Program-made: the position numbers and the translations under genes
Shown here: positions 53,946 to 63,651 of the stretch, in pieces
How the letters are laid out: every line of letters begins with the position of its first letter
Position numbering within the stretch: position 1 is the first letter of the stretch
From: Rhina ancylostomus
Lineage: Eukaryota
Length of the DNA stretch: 63,651 nucleotides
Assembly: GCA_030265395.1 (NCBI GenBank)
Contig: JARFYF010000017.1
Span: 35,956,061-36,019,711 of the forward strand
Direction of reading: 5' to 3'
Notes under the pieces: generated by a model
Told to the model about the DNA's origin: nothing
Databases searched by the model: none
What the model saw: only the letters and a program-made list of their open reading frames with translations

Positions 53946-55769
53946 ATTCATTAATGTCCTGCAGGGGAGGAAATCTACCATCCTTACAGCTAATCAGCTC
54001 TGGCCTGACCAAAGTGTGAGTCATGACCTATTCAATATTGTTGAAATTGGAATGCACCCAATTTTGGACCAACAGAACATTTAGCACGAACAGCTAACTG
54101 TGTCCCCCTCAAAAAAAAAAATCATAAAATGGGACAAAACCCATTCTGAAGTACATTGTGATGGCCTCATAAGCCATTGAGCAGTAGGTAGTTCACCAAC
54201 ATCTTCTTAAGGGGTAATTTGGGATGGACAATAAATGCTGGCTTTGCCAGTATCGTCAGGTCTCAAAAAAGGAATAAGTTTTTTTAAAAAGAGAGATTCT
54301 TGTGCATCTTCAAGAACGTCAGTACATCTGTACAGATTCAGTGAGAGGGAGCAATCTTCCCTGATTCATTTCAGTATGCAACCTCCTTCAGTTTTCTCTG
54401 CCCCTCATACCTCACTGTGACTAATCGTTATGATCACCTAGTTGTGAAATGAGACACCAGGTTGTTAATTTGCCAGATGATGCAATGATTTTCCATTAAG
54501 GTATCATTGATTTGGCATCTTTATAAAGTATTCTGAATGTACTTGGACTGTCGAAATGCATCTTATTTGCAACAAATAAGATAATCGTGTTGAGTGAAGT
54601 CATAAAGGTGTAGCAGCTGTTGGCATCACTGCCTTTCCTGCCATGACTCTCCTAGGCAGGTTAATAATGTCTGGCATTTCATTTGAACATACTCAAGTAA
54701 ACCTTGATTGAAACTAGACTTTGAAAGATGCTATCTCCTTTCTTCTTAAAAATTATATCTTAGCTCCAGCAGATCATACGAGTCAGAAACACTTTGACTC
54801 AGGCCATAGTGGTCACTTTGTTCTCCCAGTGTTTGGATGTGACTCTCAATGAAAGTTGATTACTTTGTCATGATTCCTATCTCCCATCTGTTCTGCTCCC
54901 AAAATAGGAGGGCGGGACTTCAATGTGTGGTCAAGAAATGTGAGAGGTTGTTTTGCTGAAATGAAATAACTGCTCTATGTTGCCCCTTCTCTAGGAACCA
55001 CGCTTTTACAGGAGGACTGAAAACATCAGGATTAGGTTGGATAGAATTAGCAAGAAATGATGGCTTGTGCAAGGAAGTGTGGCGTCAGCACATTGATCAG
55101 TCCCAATTGTTGTCAGCTTTTGTAGCTGATGCGTTACTCATTGAGCTCCATTGTGTATCTTAAAATGGTTCATTGTTGCAATGACTTAAAATGAATCTCA
55201 TCTGGAGTCTCATTAGGAATTACTCGTGGCTGGCTGACGGTAGACTTTATTGGGCTTAAAATATTAGCCCCCCCCAAACTGATCAGTATGTTGTTATATG
55301 CATTATTCACAATTCCTGTGGCAACAACATTTAATGAACCTCTACTGATGTGGAGCAGAAGTCCAAAGGGTTCATGACCTTAACCAACAATTAGACCTGG
55401 AGATTGCAGCTAATCAGAGGAAAGTGTACAATGTATAGAGGACATTGTTATTTTCGCAATGTATCACTCATCAGGAAATAGAGAATTTGTATCAAGCCAT
55501 TTGTGTAATGGGATTAGTGAATCATTCATTTAGGTATTGTATTCAGTGCGCTTGAACCTACACAGCAGGACGTGAGGAACTTTGTTTCATCTGGCTCTCC
55601 TGTTGATTACTCATTGCTCTGATTGCTTTGAGGACATAGCCTGGTTTTCCTCTGAGAAATTTTGCTTTGTAGGTTCCTTACATTAGTAACTCCCTTATTT
55701 CCTGTATGGCGAATGTCTGCCTCAGCTGGGAGATAAGGCTCTGGATACTGAGGCTCTCTCCTGGTCCTC

Positions 55770-56600
55770 TCCAAGTGTGGCCACACAGCCTAGCAGTGCT
55801 ATCTTTGATTGGCAAGATTGTGCAGCATGCAGACAATGATAATGAACTCTCCACATTCCATTGATGTGTACTGCAATGTGTAGACAGACTTGAGCAGGCA
55901 ATGAGGTCTTGCTGTTTTCCACTCCAGGCAATCGTCATGTCTGTGTTCAGATGGTGTGGCTGGAGACTACACCAGTGTGAGGAGCCAGCAAGGTTGTAGG
56001 TAGCCCTTGTACCCCAAGATCCATCCTTCCACGCAGTGCTGGCAGCTGAAAATATGCAGCAGTACAGACTACCTCAGGATGAAGGAGTCATGTGTGCTTC
56101 CTGGAAACATCCCATTGACCAGTAGGAAATTCTTCTCATGATCTATAACCACTTGCACACTGGGGAAGTGGAAACCTTCCATGTTCTTAAAAAGCCCTGG
56201 GTTTTGAAGGGAAGCCCTTTGGCTGCAAAGGTGCCCTCGTAAGAAGCAACAACGTTCAGCAGTCTCACTGCCTGTGATGCTACCTGTTTGTCACTGAAGC
56301 CAAAGTAAATGCAAAGATTTCTCCTCACAAACAGATCTGGGTGACCTCTCTGTTGCAACAGTGAGCAGCAAAATGGGAGACATGGCAATGAGCTTCTGTG
56401 GTCTCTGTAAAAATCTTGTGATGAGAAAGTTGAGAGTCACCATGGCCTTGAACTCCCAGACATGAGAGCGTAGCCAAAGATCTTCCTGCAGAATACCACA
56501 AACTTCAGTGATGACAGCTTGGGGGACCTAAACCTGAAAATACATTGTTCTTCAGGGAGGTTCAGGTAGAGTGTGGTGGCTCCGAGGACCTTCTCACTGA
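55770..56600 (-). mobile_element. Fossil PIF/Harbinger (HARBI1-like) DDE transposase
   Basis: Colinear remnants YLNLPEEQC; FKNMEGFHFPSVQVVIDH...FPGSTHDSFILR*; GWILGYKGY..WLLT; LQY...CMLHNLANQR; stops and frameshifts present. Confidence 0.85.
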
Positions 56601-57604
56601 TATGCCTCTGGTCCTGAGGATCCAGACCCACCACGAACAGCCATTGTAATGGTGTGTTACAGGTAGCGTCACGACTGATGGAGTTGAGAATCGCAGCAAT
56701 TAAATACTGAAAAGAAAACACCGTCTCTAAGGTGTAGTACACTCTGCAGACTTTGGAAGGTGCATGAGTGCCTTTACTCAATTCTGTCACCTCTCCTGAT
56801 GTCAGCAGAGTGTCCCTTTAAATAGCAAATAGAATAACAAAACTGTACTCGTGAAACTTTCCAACAAAGGTACAGCTTTCGCCTCTAATTGGTAAGGGCA
56901 GAAATGGACACTTTGCAAATGGTGACAAGTTTGGTGTGTGACCAAAACTTGGTATGTCAGGCGCACTAACTCAAATAGGTCACGCAAGTGCCTGGCCCAA
57001 TCCTTCTTTTGCCATAATTTCACATTGAAATGATCTCCAGTACAATCTACTCCAGTTGAAGTTAAAATTGGACCATGTGGCATCCAAATATCAGATGCTG
57101 TGAAATCCATTACTAGGCTCGGTGTCTCATTTGATTCTCATTTTTAAAGCTTCCTTTATTTTCCATCTCATCTTCAGAGTAGGAAGAGGCTGTTTGGCCC
57201 CTCATGCTGTTCCACCATTCAATAAGATCAGAGCTGATCTTTTACCCCAGCATCACTTTCCTGTACTAATCCTGTATCCCTTGATTCCTATATCGAAGAC
57301 TCTCTCAATACTTTCCTCAGTGTATCATTGGACGAGGCATGAAGACAGGCTCGGGTTTCTCCCCTTATTTTGCAGCATCTATCAGCCTCCATTTTAAGGC
57401 TTCCTTGTGTTAACACATCTATGGTTGGGACCTTGTTCGAAGGGGAAATGACAAGCAAAGAAATACATTTATTCCTTCTTGGATACGGCAATACTTAAAG
57501 GGTCACTCAACATTGACACACGTTTATAAACAAAGATATATAGATGGCTTAATTCTAATAGCCAACCCTACTGAAGTAAGATGTCATAAAATCCTACAGC
57601 GATC

Positions 57605-57920
57605 AATAGTGGTGGAGCAGGTAGTGCAGTTGTTTCACAACTCCAGTGACTCAGATTCAATCCTGACTTCCAGTGCCGTCGGTGTGCAGTTTGCACATTG
57701 CAACCGCACGGATTTTCCTCCTACATCCAAACAATGTGCCATTTGGTAGGTAAGTTGGCCACAGTAAATTACCCCGAGTGTAGATGGGTAGTAGGAGAAT
57801 CAGGAGTAGTTGATGAGCACCTGAGAGAGAAGTAGTTACAGCAAAATAAGGAGGAGTGTGGGATTGACAGGATGATTCTGAGAGCTGATGCAGATCCAAC
57901 CACCCAAATGGCTTCTGCTG
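57605..57920 (+). mobile_element. Decayed V-domain SINE
   Basis: AGATTCAATCC B-box; GGTGTGCAGTTTGCACATT; TTTCCTCCTACATCCAAA. Confidence 0.7.
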
Positions 57921-58169
57921 ATNNNATTAGGAAATATGGAATACGAAATCTGGAAGGTGCCAATGCTGTATTGGTGGCTAAGTTACAAAGGTGGAGCGGT
58001 AAAAAACACACGAGGGAATTTCCCAACTTATAGTACTGAGCCTTTCCTCTGATCATTTCTCTGGTGAAAATCCACTGCCATAAGGCTACATTATACTTTG
58101 CCAGTTCCTTAGAGAGCATATAAAATTACAAAGAGAAGTCCTTGGTAGAGTTGAGTTAAAAACACTTAC

Positions 58170-58346
58170 AATCAAGTGAAGAAGTTTATCGGGAACATTC
58201 CTGGGATGTTTGCAGATGGCATAGGCTGATGAATGACTGAATATGACTGGAGCCTTGGAGATCCTTAGGACCATTTCTGCCGTGTCAGTGGCTGTGTGTG
58301 ACAGATCTATTATCATCCCCAGCCGATTCATCTCAAAAACAACCTC
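58170..58346 (-). CDS. DPEP2: Dipeptidase exon ([17 protein letters not shown]...IFSHSS...[11 protein letters not shown])
   Basis: CCAG acceptor; GTAAGT donor; DLSH, SHS and RNVPD M19 motifs; 177 bp. Confidence 0.93.
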
Positions 58347-58604
58347 CTGGAAATTCAATGAGAAAGTCAACATTGTGATTACACATGCTCTTACTGGACC
58401 TTAGACTTACTGAACATAAACAGATTTAGCAGAGTAGTTCTTCAGAACTGTGCCTAACAGCCAGTGAATTGGAGCTGCACACAGACTAATGTACAGTAAA
58501 CAAAATCAACATACTCAGAAAACAGTCTGCTTAATGAGCAGAGGAAACAGAAACCACAGCAACCTCTCCGAAACAGGAGGTTATATATTTTTAGAGGCTG
58601 AAGG

Positions 58605-58900
58605 ATAGAATCATAGAATTGTACAGCATGGAAATAGGCCATTTGGCAGAATTCATCAATGCCAACCAGTGGGCACCCTTTTATGTTAACCTCATTACTC
58701 AGCACTCGGTCCAGAGCACTCTATGCCAAGGCATTTTAAGTTTTCATCTATGCTTATTCAGTTTCTCCTCATAACTGAACTGCTCCATCCCAGGCAACAT
58801 CCCACTGAATCTCCTTTGAACCCTCTCCAGTGTTCCAGCTGAGGTTGACCAACATTTTATAAAGTTGAAACATAACTCTATTCAAGGCACACATTCTTGG
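58605..58900 (-). mobile_element. CR1 3' remnant with deletions
   Basis: ATAGAATCATAGAA tail; QLYKMLV remnant. Confidence 0.6.
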
Positions 58901-61900
58901 GGAACCTAAACCTGTGAATACATTCAGAGAGGTCCAGGTAGGGTATAGAGGCTCTGAGCACTTTCTTTGCATTCTCGCATAAAGTTAACCTACTATTTAT
59001 AGCAGTATACTCAGCAAAGTTTATTGACAGGAATTATCAATTCATTTCCATGCTGCCTGCCTAAATGTGTAGAATTTAAGACTGTCTTTTAAGCTCATTA
59101 AAATGAACTTTGTCAGTCACAAGCATTAGCAAACATTTCCTTTCCACAATGAACACTTCTAAACCAAAACCACATGTAGCAACCACTATATCACAACCAA
59201 ATTTGGCTCCATCCAAACTTCACAAAAATGCTCCTTAAAGTTGCAAAATGACAGTTTTATATGTGCCCTGCAAATTACACTTAAACTTGGTTGAGTAATA
59301 TTGTCAAATGGTGTGAGCTTATTCCTGCTGAGACTGAGACTACCCCTATAGCCATTAGACCAAGAACATGTTCACTATAATATAGTCCATACTGACTTCT
59401 CAGAAATTGATTGCTGTGTTTCCTACATTACAACAGTGAAGTAACTCTGATGCATAATCAAAGTTGTCTTCTGGGACAGAGATTGTGAAAGGTGCCATGT
59501 AATTGCAAGTCTTTCTTTTCTTTTTTACTCTACCATGTCATCTGCTTGCTATTAGTATATCAACAAAGGTTGATTCTCTCCATGCAGCAGGAGTGACATA
59601 TTTTCAGTGGCTCAAAGAATCCCCACCATTTCTTCCTGAACTCTCGCGTGCCAGCCAGCTCCCCAGGTTCTGGATAACCTAAGTATTTATGGTATTCAGT
59701 AGAGGCCATTAACTACTGTGAAACTGCTGTGGTCCATGGTTTTGCACTTGGAACTACATTGCTGCTGGGAACGACTGTTAATTAGAATGCAGGACAATAA
59801 GAAGGAAATGATTGTTATATTGATGATACTTCATAATGTCAGTCCACTACACCACACTGACAGGAAGGAAACACTTTGGTTATCATCTGGGGTAGAGTTG
59901 GGTGTGGGAATGGAATATGAGGACCAACAAAGCCTAAACATTTTTCTCATCTTCAATTTTACAATAATATTACATTTTTTAAAAGAGATTCCTGGGGCCC
60001 AGCAGCTCTAATATCACAGAGCTATCTGAACATTATAGATACCATAACAACATTTTAACCAACATTTTAAACATCCATCATGTGTGTATGAATAAGGCAA
60101 AAGTTGAAATGTCATTACCATTTTAATGAGATTATTTTTAAATATCCTGGATTTTGAAACATTTGTAAGAGTGAATTACAATCAAGTTACATAAAATCAA
60201 TTGCTTTTCAGGCCCAGTAGTTTTCTAAAGTGTAACTATGCTTAAATAGGCCATTACAAACTTGCATTGACCTAGTGTCATGAAGGTTTATCCATCTCTA
60301 AGGTGCAAATCTCCCATTTTCCAACACCTATTGTTAAGTTTACAGGACATACTGTTGTGGAACAAGTTCCTAAAGCATTTCCACATTCCTGTCTGATGTC
60401 CTGCCTATACCGTATAGGGTACGTGCTTCTCCAGGAAAACAGGTTAGGATGAGGGTTCAATTAACAAGCAAGTTTCTTGGTTTCTCCATAAGTGGGCCCG
60501 ATGCCACCACTGATCAACCCCTTCTAACCAAGTCCTGTTCCACTGAGGATGACATTAACATGACTGAGAGGAAATGCAGGCCTCAGAGCATCAGTACTGT
60601 GAGCTAGTGAAAAATGATCCTGCTCTAATAATGTACTTGGTATTATATNNNNNNNNNNNNNNNNNNNNNNNNNNNNNNNNNNNNNNNNNNNNNNNNNNNN
60701 NNNNNNNNNNNNNNNNNNNNNNNNNNNNNNNNNNNNNNNNNNNNNNNNNNNNNNNNNNNNNNNNNNNNNNNNNNNNNNNNNNNNNNNNNNNNNNNNNNNN
60801 NNNNNNNNNNNNNNNNNNNNNNNNNNNNNNNNNNNNNNNNNNNNNNNNNNNNNNNNNNNNNNNNNNNNNNNNNNNNNNNNNNNNNNNNNNNNNNNNNNNN
60901 NNNNNNNNNNNNNNNNNNNNNNNNNNNNNNNNNNNNNNNNNNNNNNNNNNNNNNNNNNNNNNNNNNNNNNNNNNNNNNNNNNNNNNNNNNNNNNNNNNNN
61001 NNNNNNNNNNNNNNNNNNNNNNNNNNNNNNNNNNNNNNNNNNNNNNNNNNNNNNNNNNNNNNNNNNNNNNNNNNNNNNNNNNNNNNNNNNNNNNNNNNNN
61101 NNNNNNNNNNNNNNNNNNNNNNNNNNNNNNNNNNNNNNNNNNNNNNNNNNNNNNNNNNNNNNNNNNNNNNNNNNNNNNNNNNNNNNNNNNNNNNNNNNNN
61201 NNNNNNNNNNNNNNNNNNNNNNNNNNNNNNNNNNNNNNNNNNNNNNNNNNNNNNNNNNNNNNNNNNNNNNNNNNNNNNNNNNNNNNNNNNNNNNNNNNNN
61301 NNNNNNNNNNNATTAAAATCTAAACTATGAAACTCCATCACTTAGTTCTTGATGAATGTCAGGAAGAAACCAGATATTTCTCCATCAAGTCAACACAACT
61401 ATTGGTTCATTAAAAGTATAACTGACACTCAACCAATCTCCCAAACACAGCTTGACGGAGGTCAAAAGGAATTGACCTGGGCAAGGAGCTGATAGTACCA
61501 TAAACAAAAACAATTCTCTGAGAAGATGGCTATTTCCCTAATATGTTCAAAGTCCCCCTGAAAAAGTGCGACAATCTATCCGACCTGTAGCCCATGACTG
61601 CTCGAAGTAGAGAAGGAGCACAGGTTGGTACTGAGAGCATTAAATTGGGAACACAGAGAGGCTCAGCATAAACAGCAGAAGATGCACACACTCTCCCAAC
61701 TGCCCAGTTGGCTGCCTCACCAAGAACCCCCTGACTCATCTGTGGTGGAGTCTGAGGGTTCCATATTGGGCTCATTTGTCACCTCAGATCCATGAAACTG
61801 GAGTGAAAGCAGCTCATCCTCTATTCCAATGCAGGAAGGCGACTTTGCTCACACAAGTACACTAACAGTGGATATTTTACATGTGAATCTTAAGATGATT

Positions 61901-62034
61901 TTTATTGCACTCTAGATGGGTACTCATCAGAAAATTGTTTCTTTAATGGAATTTAATAAAGTCTTCTACTGTGTTGTTTAAACTGATTTAGTCCAACCTT
62001 CTTTTCAAGTGAATGCCACTTTATTTGCCTGTTT

Positions 62035-62410
62035 TAGAACATAGAACAGTACAGCACAGAAACAGGCCCTTCGGCCCACAATGTCTATGCTGAACACAAT
62101 GCCAAATTAAACTAAATCGCTTCTGCCTGTACATGATCCACATCCCTCTATTCCCTGCATATTCATTTGCCTATCTAAANNNNNNNNNNNNNNNNNNNNN
62201 NNNNNNNNNNNNNNNNNNNNNNNNNNNNNNNNNNNNNNNNNNNCTACTACTCATTGTGTAAAAAAGACTTGCCCTGCACATCTCCTTTAAACATTCCCCC
62301 ACTCATCGTAAATGCATGTCCTCAAGTACTTGATATTTCTACTCTGCAAGAAAGATTCTGACTATCTACCCTATCTATGTCTCTCACAATTTTATAAACT
62401 TCTATCAAGA
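62035..62410 (-). mobile_element. CR1 3' end spanning a gap
   Basis: TAGAACATAGAACAGTACAGCACAGAAACAGGCCCTTCGGCCC tail. Confidence 0.8.
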
Positions 62411-63651
62411 AGTTTCATTTCATGTTGCTGTAAACATATCTTGTACTACACTGTACACCAAGTACAACATAAATAACATGTGAGCTCAATAACAAGAATG
62501 TCGCTGTGGTGCAACAGTGAGTAATTAATTGTGGCATTAAATGTTCCGTTCTTTGTAATGTCACAAAATGCACAGGAAGTATGCACGATGTATAGATTGC
62601 TCATAATAGATAATGAATTAAGTTGAGAAACGAAATGTGACATTGCATTACCTACTGTTAACCCTTTCATAGTTAAATATTTACCATAACAGATCTTATT
62701 GTTGGAAGCTGAAGAAAGACCATCAGGGTAGAAATTTATTGAATTATTGAACAGACATCCCTGAGTCATTTGGCCATTTTGCGCATACAGCCAATAATGA
62801 ATTTTTACCCCGACGTTTCTTATAGAGGAGCAATTCATCTTTGGGTTTCACGTTCATGGGAAATGCAAACTACTGCTCCAACTTATTGCAACCATTCTCT
62901 CAGATCATCCATTTTCCAACTTCAGTACTTATGGGCCATGCTGAGTTTCAAATACAAAGGGTGAGGGCAATGAGAAAGGATTCAAAAATCAGAAATTCTG
63001 AGTCAGTACCAAGCTCATTTTTATGACGGGCTATCTCTGTGGACTTCCCAGCTTGTCAGAGACCAGGAAACGACTTTATACTGCACTTTTTGAGGACTCA
63101 AGCTTATGTGATATAGTCTCCTGCAAGGAGGTAATTCTAAAAGCTTTACTGGACTCAGAGTCACTGTGTATTCACAGCTTTGCCACAAAAGGAGCAATAT
63201 AAATCAACCTTGATTGCTTCAGGGATACCTTAAAAGGGAGAAAATAAATTATGAACGGAAGAGGAAAGAAAAGGTTGGAACACTAGATATTGTAAATCTA
63301 TTCGAATAAGACAATCAGTAAAATGGAAACAATTGATTATCCCAGTTACAAAGTAATATTTTGAGGCTTGGGGGTTACAGTTAAACTGCAACCACTTTGC
63401 TTTAGGTCAAAAAACTAATCAGCGACATTAAACCTTTCATTCACAGCAATGTTATTAACAGGACAGGAAGTACACATGATGCGTGAGCTGCTAATAATAC
63501 ACAATGGAAGATTAAATGTGGAAGGTCACATTCAATATTACATTACTGTTTAAAACATTGTTGCTGTTGGGCATTTGCAGTTATAAACACGCCATAAAAA
63601 TGGTTTGTTAGGAGCCATAAAAATGCCAAAGGCTTATTATTGAGAAATAGT

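Larger units (their letters stand above)
45719..58346 (-). other. DPEP2: Span of the 3' part of a membrane dipeptidase gene (peptidase M19, DPEP2/DPEP3-like)
   Basis: Five phase-compatible exons. GGDYDGA[11 protein letters not shown] resembles DPEP2 more than DPEP1, and the gene neighbours SLC12A4. The 5' exons were not found (in a gap or outside the window). Confidence 0.75.

Noticed and set aside
56640-56675. ATCNTPL peptide resembling the DPEP THxCNTPW motif
   Set aside because: It is in the wrong order relative to the DPEP exons, has no flanking similarity, and sits at the edge of the Harbinger fossil.
60574-61341. Long ORFs of 249 and 232 aa, and other X-containing ORFs
   Set aside because: They are artefacts of translating runs of N.
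62446-62838. 130-aa ORF on the - strand
   Set aside because: No recognisable motif or dipeptidase similarity; consistent with a chance ORF.

Overview
This is eukaryotic genomic DNA with many N gaps. The repeat content (V-domain tRNA-derived SINEs, CR1 LINEs, Penelope-like termini) points to a cartilaginous fish, probably a ray; that assignment is inference. Two multi-exon genes converge tail-to-tail. On the + strand, 16 exons of a K-Cl cotransporter, best matching KCC1/SLC12A4, run from 2141 to the stop at 34242, with an open spliced frame throughout. Two of its introns are U12 minor-spliceosome introns. On the - strand lie the last five exons of a GPI-anchored membrane dipeptidase (DPEP2/3-like, 58346 to 45719), with the metal-binding and catalytic residues visible in the window intact. 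The rest is introns and spacer filled with decayed CR1, Rex/Babar and Penelope retroelements, SINEs, a TA-flanked MITE and a fossil PIF/Harbinger transposase. I found no convincing new biological system. The leads most worth checking are the U12 introns, the gene order versus human (no LCAT, convergent DPEP), hammerhead-ribozyme relics in Penelope termini, the Harbinger fossil, and a possible GPI-less DPEP terminal exon.
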